From Eledone cirrhosa (lineage: Eukaryota), in the NCBI GenBank assembly GCA_964016885.1, contig OZ024743.1:138198001-138262000 (forward strand): a stretch of DNA of 64,000 nt, in the 5' to 3' direction. The position numbers were made by a program, and so were the translations under genes. Below are positions 26,101 through 38,190 of the stretch, one piece after another. Within the stretch, counting starts at the first letter, position 1. Each line of letters begins with the position of its first letter. Under the pieces are notes generated by a model, which saw only the letters and a list, made by a program, of their open reading frames with translations, was not told the origin of the DNA and made no database searches.

Positions 26101-29100
26101 GTCTTTAGTCTTTGGTGCTTGGTGTTTGGTGCTTGGTGCTTGGTGTTTGGTGCTTGGTGGTTGGTGCTTGTTGTTCGGTGATTGGTGCTTGGTGTTTGGT
26201 GGTTGGTGCTTGGGGCTTGGTGTTTGGTGCTGCGTGCTTGGTGCTTGGTGCTTGGTGCTTGGTGTTTTGTGTTTGGTGTTTGATGCTTGGTGTTTGGTGT
26301 TTGGTGTTTGGTGCTTGGTGCTTGGTGTTTGGTGTTTGATGCTTGGTGCTTGATGCTTGGTGCTTGGTGCTTGGTGTTTGGTGCTTGGTACTTGGTGCTT
26401 GGTGCTTGGTGTTATGTGTTTGGTGCTTGGTGCTTGGTGTTTGGTTTTTGGTGATTGTTGCTTGGTGTTTGGTGTTTGGTGCTTGCTGCTGGCTGCTTAG
26501 TGTTTGGTGCTTGGTGATTGGTGCTTGGTGTTTGGTGCTTGGTGTTTGGTGTTTGGTACTAGGTGCTTGGTGATTGGTGTTTGGCTCTTGGTGCTTGGTG
26601 TTTGGTGTTTGGTGTTTGGTGCTTGCTGCTTGGTGCTTGGTGCTGGGTGGTTGGTGTTTGGTGCTTGGTGATTAGTGTTTGGTGCTAGGTGCTTGGGGTT
26701 TGGTGTTTGGTGCTTGGTGCTTGGTGTTTGGTGCTTGGTGCTTGGTGTTTGGTGCTTGGTGCTTGGTGTTTCGTGTTTGCTGTTTGCTGTTTGGTGTTTG
26801 TTGTTTGGTGTTTGTTGTTTGGTGTTTGCTGTTTGGTGTTTGGTATTTGGTGTTTGCTGTTTGGTGTCTGCTTTTTGGTGTTTGGTGTTTGCTGTATGTT
26901 GTTTGTTGTTTGGTGTTTGGTGTTTGGTGTTTGGTGTTTGGTGCTTGGTGCTTGGTGTTTGGTGCTTGGTGCTTGGTGTTTGGTGCCTGGTGCTTGGTAC
27001 TTGGTGTTTGGTGTTTGGTGCTTGGTGCTTGGTGCTTGGAGTTTGGTGTTTGGTGCTTGGTGCTTGGTGTTTTGTGTTTGGTGTTTGGTTTTTGGTGCTT
27101 GATGCTTGGTGCTTGGTGCTTAGTCCTTGGTGTTTGGTGCTTGGTGCTTGGTGTTTGTACTTGGTGCTTGGTGCTTGGTGTTTGGTTCTTGGTTCTTGGT
27201 GTTTGGTACTTGGTGCTTGGTGCTTGGTGCTTGGTGTTAGGTGTTTGGTGCTTGGTGCTTGGTGTTTGGTGCTTGGCGTTTGCTGTCTGGTGTTTGGTGT
27301 TTGGTGTTTGGTGTTTGCTGTTTGGTGTCTGCTTTTTGGTGTTTGGTGTTTGCTGTATGGTGTTTGCTGTTTGGTGTTTGGTGCTTCGTGTTTGGTGTTT
27401 GGTCTTTGGTGCTTGGTGTCTGGTGCTTGATGTTTGGTGTTTGGTGTTTGGTGCTTGGTGCTTGGTGTTTGGTGCTTGGTGCTTGGTGTTTGTACTTGGT
27501 GCTTGGTGCTTGGTGTTTGGTGCTTGGTTCTTGGTGTTTGGTGCTTGGTGTTTGGTGCTTGGTGCTTGGTGTTTGGTGCTTGGTGCTTGGTGTTTGGTGT
27601 TTGGTGCTTGGTGCTTGGTGCTTGGTGTTAGGTGTTTGGTGCTTGGTGCTTGGTGTTTAGTGTTTGGTTCTTGGTGCTTGGTATTTGGTGCTTGGTGCTT
27701 GCTGCTTGGTGTTTGGTGCTTGGTGATTGATGCTTGGTGTTTGGTGCTTGGTGCCCAGTGTTTGGTTTTTGGTGCTAGGTGCTTGGTGCATGGTGTTTGG
27801 TGCTTGGTGTTTGGTGTTTGGTGGTTGGTGCTTGGGGATTGGTGTTTGGTACTTGGTGCTTGGTGCTTGGTGTTTGGTGCTTGGTGCTTGGTGTTTGGTG
27901 TTTGGTGCTTGGTGCTTGGTATTTGGTGCTTGGTGCTTGGTGTTTGGTGTTTGGTGCTTGGTGCTTGGTGTTTGGTGCTTGGTGCTTGGTGCTTGTTGTT
28001 TGGTGATTGGTGCTTGGTGCTTGGTGTTTGGTGTTTGGTGCTTGGGGCTTGGTTTTTGGTGCTGCGTGCTTGGTGCTTGGTGCTTGGTGCTTGGTGCTTG
28101 GTGTTTGATGCTTGGTGTTTGATGCTTTGTGTTTGGTGTTTGGTGTTTGGTGCTTGGTGTTTGGTGTTTGATGCTTGGTGCTTGATGCTTGGTGCTTGGT
28201 GCTTGGTGTTTGGTGCTTGGTGCTTGGTGTTTGGTGTTTGGTGCTTGGTGCTTGGTGTTTGGTGCTTGGTGCTTGGTGCTTTTTGTTTGATGATTGGTAC
28301 TTGGTACTTGGTGTTTGGTGTTTGGTGCTTGGGCCTTGGTGTTTGGTGCTGCGTGCTTGGTGCTTGGTGCTTGGTGCTTGGTGCTTGGTGTTTTGTGTTT
28401 GGTGTTTGATGCTTGGTGCTTGGTGTTTGGTGTTTGGTGCTTGGTGTTTGGTGTTTGCTGTTTGCTGTTTGCTGTTTGGTGTTTGCTGTTTGGTGTTTGG
28501 TGTTTGGTGTTTGCTGTTTGGTGTTTGTTGTTTGGTGTTTGGTGCTTGCTGTTTGGTGCTTGGTGTTTGGTGCTTGGTGCTTGGTGTTTGGTGTTTGGTG
28601 TTTGGTGCTTGGTGCTTGGGGCTTGATTTGGTGCTTGGTGCTTGGTGCTTGGTGTTTGGTGTTTGGTGCTTGGTGTTTGGTGCTTGGTGCTTGGTGCTGG
28701 GTGTTTGGTGCTTGGTGTTTGGTGCATGGTGCTTGGTGCTTGTTGTTTGTCGCTTGTTGCTTGGTGCTTGGTGTTTGGTGCTTAGTGCTTGGTGTTTGGT
28801 GTTTGGTGCTTGGTGCTTGGTGTTTGGTGTTTGGTGCTTGGTGTTTGGTGTTTGGTGCTTGGTGGTTGGTGTTTGCTGCTTGGTACTTGGTGCATGGTGT
28901 TTGGTGCTGGGTGCTTGGTGTTTGGTGCTTGGTGTTTGGTGCTTGGTGCTTGGTGTTTGGTGTTTGGTGTTTGATGCTTGGTGTTTTATGCTTGGTGCTT
29001 GGTGTTTGGTGCTTGGTGTTTGTACTTGGTGCTTGGTGCTTGGTGTTTTGTGCTTGGTTCTTGGTGTTTGGTGTTTGGTGCTTGGTACTTGGTGCTTGGT

Positions 29101-32100
29101 GTTAGGTGTTTGGTGCTTGGTGCTTGGTGTTTGGTGTTTGGTCCTTGGTGCTTGGTGCTTGGTGTTTAGTGCTTGGTGCTTGGTGTTTGTTGTTTGGTGC
29201 TTTCTGCTTGCTGCTTGGTGTTTGCTGCTTGGTGCTTGGTGCTTGGTGTTTGGTGTTTGGTGCTAGGTGCTTGGTGTTTGGTGTTTGGTGTTTGATGCTT
29301 GGTGTTTGGTGCTTGGTGTTTTGTGCTTGGTGCTTGGGGCTTGGTGTTTGGTGCTTGGTGCTTGGTGCTTGGTGTTTGGTGCTTGGTGTTTGGTGTTTGG
29401 TGTTTGATGCTTGGTGTTTGGTGCTTGGTGTTTGGTGCTTGGCGCTTGGGGCTTGGTGTTTGGTGCTTGGTGTTTGGTGCTTGGTGTTTGGTGCTTGGTG
29501 CTTGGTGCTGGGTGGTTGGTATTTGGTGCTTGGTGCTTGGTGTTTGGTGCTTGGTGCTTGGTGCTTGGTGTTTGGTGCTTGGTGCTTGGTGCTTGGTCTT
29601 TGGTGCTTGGTGTTTGGTGTTTGGTGCTTGGTGCTTTGTGTTTGGTGCTTGGTGATTAGTGTTTGGTGCTTGGTGCTTGGGGTTTGGTGTTTGGTGCTTG
29701 GTACTTGGTGTTTGGTGCTTGGTGTTTGGTGTTTGCTGTTTGGTGTTTGGTGTTTGGTGTTTGCTGTATGGTGTTTGCTGTTTCGTGTTTGGTGTTTGCT
29801 GTTTGGTGTTTGGTGTTTGCTGTTTGGTGTTTGGTGCTTGGTGTTTGGTGTTTGGTGCTTGGTGCTTGGTGCTTGGTGTTTGGTGCTTGGTGTTTGGTGT
29901 TTGGTTTTTGGTGTTTGGTGCTTGTTGCTTGGTACTTGGTGCTTGGTGTTTGGTGCTGGGTGCTTGGTGTTTGGTGCTGGGTGCTTGGTGTTTGGTGCTT
30001 GGTGCTTGGTGCTTGGTGTTTGGTGTTTGGCGCTTGGTGCTTGGTGCTTGGTGTTTGGTGTTTGGTGCTTGGTGTTTTATGCTTGGTGTTTGATGTTTGG
30101 TGCTTGGTGCTTGGTGTTTGGTGCTTGGTGCTTGGTGTTTGTACTTGGTGCTTGGTGCTTGGTTCTTGGTGTTTGGTGCTTGGTGCTTGGTGCTTGGTGC
30201 TTGGTGTTTGGTGCTTGGTGTTTGGTGCTTGGTGTTTGGTGCTTGGTGCCTGGTGCTTGGTGCTTGGTGTTTGGTGCTTGGTGTTTGGTGCTTGGTATTA
30301 GGTGTTTGGTGCTTGGTGCTTGGTGTTTGGTGTTTGGTGCTTGGTGTTTGGTGCTTGGTGCATGGTGTTTGGTGTTTGGTGCTTGGTGTTTGGTGCTTGG
30401 TACTTGGTGCTTGGTGCTTGGTGTTTGTATTTTGGTGCTTGGTGCTTGGTGTTTGGTGTTTGGTGCTTGCTGCTGGCTGCTTGGTGTTTGGTGCTTGGTG
30501 ATTGGTGCTTGGTGTTTGGTGCTTGGTGTTTGGTGTTTGGTACTAGGTGCTTGGTGCTTGGTGTTTGGTGCTTGGTGCTTGGTGTTTGGTGTTTGGTGCT
30601 TGGTGCTTGGTGTTTGGTGCTTGGTGCTGGGTGCTGGGTGGTTGGTGTTTGGTGTTTGGTGTTTGGTGCTGGGTGCTTGGTGTTTGGTGCTTGGTGCTTG
30701 GTCTTTGGTCTTTGGTGTTTGGTGTTTGGTGCTTGGTTCTTGGTGCTTGGTGTTTGGTGCTTGGTGCTTGGTGTTTGGTGCTTGGTGCTTAGTGTTTGGT
30801 GCTAGGTGCTTGGGGTTTGGTGTTTGGTGCTTGGTGCTTGGTGCTTGGTGCTTGGTGCTTGGTGTTTGGTGTTTGGTGCTTGGTGCTTGGTGTTTGGTGT
30901 TTGGTGTTTGCTGTTTGGTGTTTGGTGTTTGGTGTTTGCTGTTTGGTGTCTGCTTTTTGGTGTTTGGTGTTGGCTGTATGTTATTTGCTGTTTGGTGTTT
31001 GGTGTTTGGTGTTTGGTGCTTGGTGCTTGGTGTTTGGTGTTTGGTGCTTGGTGCTTGGAGTTTGGTGTTTGGTGCTTGGTGCTTGGTGTTTTGTGTTTGG
31101 TGTTTGGTTTTTGGTGCTTGGTGCTTGGTGCTTGTTGCTTGGTCCTTGGTGTTTGGTGCTTGGTGCTTGGTGTTTGTACTTGGTGCTTGGTGCTTGGTGT
31201 TTGGTTCTTGGTTCTTGGTGTTTGGTACTTGGTGCTTGGTGCTTGGTGCTTGGTGTTTGGTGTTTGGTGCTTGGTGTTTGGTGCCTAGTGCTTGGTGCTT
31301 GGTGTTAGGTGTTTGGTGCTTGGTGCCTTGTGTTTGGTGCTTGGTGTTTGGTGTTTGCTGTTTGGTGTTTGGTGTTTGGTGTTTGGTGTTTGCTGTTTGG
31401 TGTCTGCTTTTTGGTGTTTGGTGTTTGCTGTATGGTGTTTGCTGTTTCGTGTTTGGTGTTTGCTGTTTGGTGTTTGGTGTTTGCTGTTTGGTGTTTGGTC
31501 TTTGGTGCTTGGTGTTTGGTGCTTGGTGCTTGGTGTTTGGTGTTTGGTGCTTGGTGCTTGGTGCTTCGTGTTTGGTGTTTGGTGCTTGGTGTCTGGAGCT
31601 TGGTGTTTGGTGTTTGGTGCTTGTTGTTTGGTGTTTGGTGCTTGGTGCTTGGTGTTTGGTGCTTGGTGCTTGGTGTTTGTACTTGGTGCTTGGTGCTTGG
31701 TGTTTGGTGCTTGGTTCTTGGTGTTTGGTGCTTGGTGTTTGGTGCTTGGTGCTTGGTGTTTGGTGCTTGGTGCTTGGTGTTTGGTGTTTGGTGCTTGGTG
31801 CTTGGTGCTTGGTGTTTGATGTTTGGTGCTTGGTGCTTGGTGTTTGGTGTTTGGTTCTTGGTGCTTGGTATTTGGTGCTTGGTGCTTGCTGCTTGGTGTT
31901 TGGTGCTTGGTGATTGATGCTTGGTGTTTGATGCTTGGTGCTTGGTGTTTGGTTTTTGGTGCTAGGTGCTTGGTGCTTGGTGTTTGGTGCTTGGTGTTTG
32001 GTGTTTGCTGCTTGGTGCTTGGGGCTTGGTGTTTGGTACTTGGTGCTTGGTGCTTTGTGTTTGGTGCTTGGTGCTTGGTGTATGGTGTTTGGTGTTTGGT

Positions 32101-32780
32101 GCTTGGTGTTTGGTGTTTGGTGCTTGGTGCTTGGTGTTTGTTGCTTGGTACTTGGTTCATAGTGTTTGGTGCCGGGTGCTTGGTGTTTGGTGCTTGGTGC
32201 TTGGTGTTTGGTGTTTGGTGCTTGGTGTTTGGTGTTTAGTGCTTGGTGCTTGGTGTTTGTTTGCTTGGTACTTGGTGCATGGTGTTTGGTGCTGGGTGCT
32301 TGGTGTTTGGTGCTTGGTGTTTGGTGCTTGGTGCTTGGTGTTTGGTGCTTGGTGTTTGGTTTTTGCTGTTTGCTGTTTGGTGTTTGGTGTTTGGTGTTTG
32401 CTGTTTGCTGTTTGGTATCTGCTTTTTGGTGTTTGGTGTTTGCTGTATGGTGTTTGCTGTTTCGTGTTTATTGTTTGCTGTTTGGTGTTTGGTGTTTGGT
32501 GTTTCCTGTTTGGTCTTTAGTCTTTGGTGCTTGGTGTTTGGTGCTTGGTGCTTGGTGTTTGGTGCTTGGTGGTTGGTGCTTGTTGTTCGGTGATTGGTGC
32601 TTGGTGTTTGGTGGTTGGTGCTTGGGGCTTGGTGTTTGGTGCTGCGTGCTTGGTGCTTGGTGCTTGGTGCTTGGTGTTTTGTGTTTGGTGTTTGATGCTT
32701 GGTGTTTGGTGTTTGGTGTTTGGTGCTTGGTGCTTGGTGTTTGGTGTTTGATGCTTGGTGCTTGATGCTTGGTGCTTGGT
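19450..32780. repeat. Tandem duplication of a ~6.4-7 kb higher-order block (copies ~19450-26375 and ~26375-32780)
   Basis: Pseudo-ORF offsets 6930 (19745/26675), 7014 (21161/28175) and 6412 (23685/30097, 24384/30796, 25411/31823, 26112/32524). Confidence 0.92.
22530..23720. repeat. Local 595-bp (85-unit) tandem duplication
   Basis: Identical pseudo-ORFs 22607..23086 and 23202..23681; GATTAG at 22598 and 23193. Confidence 0.93.
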
Positions 32781-35700
32781 GCTTGGTGTTTGGTGCTTGG
32801 TGCTTGGTGATTGTACTTGGTGCTTGGTGCTTGGTGTTTGGTGCTTGGTGTTTGGTGCTTGGTGTTTGGTGTTTGCTCTTTGCTGTATGGTGTTTGGTGT
32901 TTGCTGCTTGGTGTTTGGTGTTTGGTGTTTGCTGTTTGGTGTTTGCTGTTTGGTGCTTGGTGTTTGGTGTTTGGTGCTTGGTGCTTGGGGCTTGGCGTTT
33001 GGTGCTTGGTGCTTGGTGCTTGGTGTTTGGTGTTTGGTGCTTGGTGTTTGGTGCTTGGTGCTTGGTGCTGGGTGTTTGGTGCTTGGTGCTTGGTGTTTGG
33101 TGCATGGTGCTTGGTTTTTGGTGTTTGTCGCTTGATGCTTGGTGCTTGGTGTTTGGTGCTTGGTGTTTGGTGTTTTGTGCTTGGTGCTTGGTGTTTGGTG
33201 TTTGATGCTTGATGTTTGGTGTTTGGTGCTTGGTGCTTGGTGTTTGTTGCTTGGTACTTGGTGCATTGTGTTTGATGCTTGGTGTTTGATGCTTGGTGCT
33301 TGGTGTTTGGTGCTTGGTGTTTGTACTTGGTGCTTGGTGCTTGGTGTTTTGTGCTTGGTTCTTGGTGTTTGGTGTTTGGCGCTTGGTGTTTGTTGTTTGG
33401 TGCTTTCTGCTTGCTGCTTGGTGTTTGGTGCTTGGTGATTGGTGCTTGGTGTTTGGTGCTTGGTGCTTGGTGTTTGGTGTTTGGTGCTAGGTGCTTGGTG
33501 TTTGGTGTCTGGTGTTTGGTGCTTGGTGTTTGGTGTTTGGTGCTTCGTGCTTGGGGCTTGGTGTTTGGTGCTAGGTGCTTTGTGCTTGGTGCTTGGTGTT
33601 TGGTGCTTGGTGTTTGGTGCTTGGTACTTGGGTCTTGGTGTTTGGTGCTTGGTGCTTGGTGTTTGGTGCTTGGTGCTTGGTGTTTGGTGTTTGGTGCTTG
33701 GTGCTTGGTGCTGGGTGGTTGGTGTTTGGTGCTTGGTGCTTGGTGTTTGGTGCTTGGTGCTTGGTGCTTGGTGTTTGGTGCTTGGTGCTTGGTGCTTGGT
33801 CTTTGGTGCTTGGTGTTTGGTGTTTGGTGTTTGGTGCTTGGTGCTTGGTGTTTGGTGCTTGGTGCTTGGTGATTAGTGTTTGGTGCTTGGTGCTTGTGGT
33901 TTGGTGTTTGGTGCTTGGTGCTTGGTGTTGGGTGCTTGGTGCTTGGTGTTTGGTGCTTGGTGTTTGGTTTTTGCTGTTTGGTGTTTGGTGTTTGGTGTTT
34001 GCTGTTTGCTGTTTGGTGTCTGCTTTTTGGTGTTTGGTGTTTGCTGTATGGTGTTTGCTGTTTCGTGTTTATTGTTTGCTGTTTGGTGTTTGGTGTTTGG
34101 TGTTTGGTGTTTCCTGTTTGGTCTTTAGTCTTTGGTGCTTGGTGTTTGGTGCTTGGTGCTTGGTGTTTGGTGCTTGGTGCTTGTTGTTTGGTGATTTGTG
34201 CTTGGTGCTTGGTGTTTGGTGTTTGGTGCTTGGGTCTTGGTGTTTGGTGCTGCGTGGTTGGTGCTTGGTGCTTGGTGCTTGGTGTTTTGTGTTTGGTGTT
34301 TGATGCTTGGTGTTTGGTGTTTGGTGTTTGGTGCTTGGTGCTTGGTGTTTGGTGTTTGATGCTTGGTGCTTGATGCTTGGTGCTTGGTGTTTGGTGCTTG
34401 TTGTTTGTACTTGGTGCTTGGTGCTTGGTGTTTGGTGCTTGGTGTTTGGTGCTTGGCGTTTGGTGTTTGCTGTTTGCTGTTTGCTGTTTGGTATTTGCTG
34501 TTTGGTGTTTGGTGTTTGCTGTTTGGTGTTTGCTGTTTGGTGTTTGGTGCTTGCTGTTTGGTGCTTGGTGTTTGGTGCTTGGTGTTTGGTGTTTGGTGTT
34601 TGGTGTTTGGTGCTTGGTGCTTGGGGCTTGGTGTTTGGTGCTTGCTGTTTGGTGCTTGGTGCTGGGTGTTTGGTGCTTGGTGTTTGGTGCATGGTGCTTG
34701 GTGCTTGGTGTTTGTCGCTTGGTGCTTGGTGCTTGGTGTTGGTGCTTGGTGTTTGGTGTTTGGTGCTTGGTGCTTGGTTTTTGGTGTTTGGTGCTTGGTG
34801 TTTGGTGCTTGGTGCTTGGTCTTTGTTGCTTGGTACTTGGTGCATGGTGTTTGGTGCTGGGTGCTTGGTGTTTGGTGCTTGGTGTTTGGTGCTTGGTGCT
34901 TGGTGTTTGGTGTTTGGTGTTTGATGCTTGGTGTTTGATGCTTGGTGCTTGGTGTTTGGTGCTTTGTGTTTGTACTTGGTGCTTGGTGTTTTGTGCTTGG
35001 TTCTTTGTGTTTGGTGTTTGGTGCTTGGTGCTTGGTGCTTGGTGTTAGGTGTTTGGTGCTTGGTGCTTGGTGTTTGGTGTTTGGTCCTTGGTGCTTGGTG
35101 TTTAGTGCTTGGTGCTTGGAGTTTGTTGTTTGGTGCTTTCTGCTTGCTGCTTGGTGTTTGGTGCATGGTGCTTGGTGCTTGGTGTATGGTGTTTGGTGCT
35201 AGGTGCTTGGTGTTTGGTGTTTGGTGTTTGATGCTTGGTGTTTGGTGCTTGGTGTTTGGTGTTTTGTGCTTGGTGCTTGGGGCTTGGTGTTTAGTACTTG
35301 GTGCTTGGTGCTTGGTGTTTGGTGCTTGGTGCTTGGTGTTTGGTGTTTGGTGCTTGGTGCTTGGTGTTTGGTGCTTGGTGCTTGGTGCTGGGTGGTTGGT
35401 ATTTGGTGCTTGGTGCTTGGTGTTTGGTGCTTGGTGCTTGGTGCTTGGTGTTTGGTGCTTGGTGCTTGGTGCTTGGTCTTTGGTGCTTTGTGTTTGGTGC
35501 TTGGTGCTTGGTGCTTGGTGTTTGGTGCTTGGTGATTAGTGTTTGGTGATTGGTGCTTGGGGTTTGGTGTTTGGTGCTTGGTACTTGGTGTTTGGTGCTT
35601 GGTGTTTGGTGTTTGCTGTTTGGTGTTTGGTGTTTGGTGTTTGCTGTTTGCTTTTTGGTGTTTGGTGTTTGCTGTATGGTGTTTGCTGTTTGGTGTTTGG

Positions 35701-37160
35701 TGTTTGCCGTTTGGTGTTTGGTGTTTGCTGTTTGGTGCTTGGTGCTTGGTGTTTGGTGTTTGGTGCTTGGTGCTTGGTGTTTGGTGTTTGTTGCTTGGTG
35801 CTTGGTGCTTGGTGTTTGGTGTTTGGTGTTTGGTGCTTGGTGTCTGGTGCTTGGTGTTTGGTGTTTGGTGTTTGGTGCTTGGTGTTTGGTGTTTGGTGTT
35901 TGGTGCTTGGTGTTTGTTGTTTGGTGTTTGGTGTTTGGTGCTTGTTGCTTGGTGCTTGGTGCTTGGTGTTTGGTGCTTGGTGCTTGGTGTTTGTTGCTGG
36001 GTGCTTGGTGTTTGGTGCTTGGTGCTTGGTGCTTGGTGTTTGGTGTTTGGTGCTTGGTGCTTGGTGTTTGGTGTTTGGTGTTATATGCTTGGTGTTTGAT
36101 GCTTGGTGCTTGGTGCTTGGTATTTGGTGTTTGGTGTTTGGTGCTTGGTGTTTGATGCTTGGTGCTTGGTCCTTGGTGTTTGGTGCTTGGTGCTTGGTGT
36201 TTGTACTTGGTGCTTGGTGCTTGGTTCTTGGTGCTTGGTGCTTGGTGCTTGGTGCTTTGTGCTTGGTGTTTGGTGCTTGGTGTTTGGTGCTTGGTGTTTG
36301 GTGCTTGGTGCCTGGTGCTTGGTGCTTGGTGCTTGGTGTTTGGTGCTTGGTGTTTGGTGCTTGGTGTTAGGTGTTTGGTGCTTGGTGCTTGGTGTTTGGT
36401 GTTTGGTGCTTGGTGTTTGTTGCTTGGTGCTTGGTGTTTGGTGTTTGGTGCTTGGTGTTTGGTGCTTGGTACTTGGTGCTTGGTGCTTGGTGTTATGTGT
36501 TTGGTGCTTGGTGCTTGGTGTTTGGTTTTTGGTGATTGTTGCTTGGTGTTTGGTGTTTGGTGCTTGCTGCTGGCTGCTTAGTGTTTGGTGCTTGGTGATT
36601 GGTGCTTGGTGTTTGGTGCTTGGTGTTTGGTGTTTGGTACTAGGTGCTTGGTGATTGGTGTTTGGCTCTTGGTGCTTGGTGTTTGGTGTTTGGTGTTTGG
36701 TGCTTGCTGCTTGGTGCTTGGTGCTGGGTGGTTGGTGTTTGGTGCTTGGTGATTAGTGTTTGGTGCTAGGTGCTTGGGGTTTGGTGTTTGGTGCTTGGTG
36801 CTTGGTGTTTGGTGCTTGGTGCTTGGTGTTTGGTGCTTGGTGCTTGGTGTTTCGTGTTTGCTGTTTGCTGTTTGGTGTTTGTTGTTTGGTGTTTGTTGTT
36901 TGGTGTTTGCTGTTTGGTGTTTGGTATTTGGTGTTTGCTGTTTGGTGTCTGCTTTTTGGTGTTTGGTGTTTGCTGTATGTTGTTTGCTGTTTGGTGTTTG
37001 GTGTTTGGTGTTTGGTGTTTGGTGCTTGGTGCTTGGTGTTTGGTGCTTGGTGCTTGCTGTTTGGTGCCTGGTGCTTGGTACTTGGTGTTTGGTGTTTGGT
37101 GCTTGGTGCTTGGTGCTTGGAGTTTGGTGTTTGGTGCTTGGTGCTTGGTGTTTTGTGTTT
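32340..37160. repeat. Second copy of the ~4.8 kb block at ~15320-20150
   Basis: Same offsets as above. Shared private markers include GCATTGTG (~16245/33263) and TTTGCCGTT (~18692/35703). Confidence 0.92.
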
Positions 37161-38190
37161 GGTGTTTGGTGCTTGGTGCTTGGTCCTTGGTGTTTGGTGC
37201 TTGGTGCTTGGTGTTTGTACTTGGTGCTTGGTGCTTGGTTCTTGGTGCTTGGTGCTTGGTGCTTGGTGCTTTGTGCTTGGTGTTTGGTGCTTGGTGTTTG
37301 GTGCTTGGTGTTTGGTGCTTGGTGCCTGGTGCTTGGTGCTTGGTGCTTGGTGTTTGGTGCTTGGTGTTTGGTGCTTGGTGTTAGGTGTTTGGTGCTTGGT
37401 GCTTGGTGTTTGGTGTTTGGTGCTTGGTGTTTGGTGCTTGGTGCTTGGTGTTTGGTGTTTGGTGCTTGGTGTTTGGTGCTTGGTACTTGGTGCTTGGTGC
37501 TTGGTGTTATGTGTTTGGTGCTTGGTGCTTGGTGTTTGGTTTTTGGTGATTGTTGCTTGGTGTTTGGTGTTTGGTGCTTGCTGCTGGCTGCTTAGTGTTT
37601 GGTGCTTGGTGATTGGTGCTTGGTGTTTGGTGCTTGGTGTTTGGTGTTTGGTACTAGGTGCTTGGTGATTGGTGTTTGGCTCTTGGTGCTTGGTGTTTGG
37701 TGTTTGGTGTTTGGTGCTTGCTGCTTGGTGCTTGGTGCTGGGTGGTTGGTGTTTGGTGCTTGGTGATTAGTGTTTGGTGCTAGGTGCTTGGGGTTTGGTG
37801 TTTGGTGCTTGGTGCTTGGTGTTTGGTGCTTGGTGCTTGGTGTTTGGTGCTTGGTGCTTGGTGTTTCGTGTTTGCTGTTTGCTGTTTGGTGTTTGTTGTT
37901 TGGTGTTTGTTGTTTGGTGTTTGCTGTTTGGTGTTTGGTATTTGGTGTTTGCTGTTTGGTGTCTGCTTTTTGGTGTTTGGTGTTTGCTGTATGTTGTTTG
38001 CTGTTTGGTGTTTGGTGTTTGGTGTTTGGTGTTTGGTGCTTGGTGCTTGGTGTTTGGTGCTTGGTGCTTGCTGTTTGGTGCCTGGTGCTTGGTACTTGGT
38101 GTTTGGTGTTTGGTGCTTGGTGCTTGGTGCTTGGAGTTTGGTGTTTGGTGCTTGGTGCTTGGTGTTTTGTGTTTGGTGTTTGGTTTTTGG
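36160..38190. repeat. Local 1014-bp tandem duplication
   Basis: Pseudo-ORF starts 36756/37770, 36760/37774, 36770/37784; markers GTTATGTG (~36492/37506) and GGCTCTT (~36664/37678). Confidence 0.92.
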
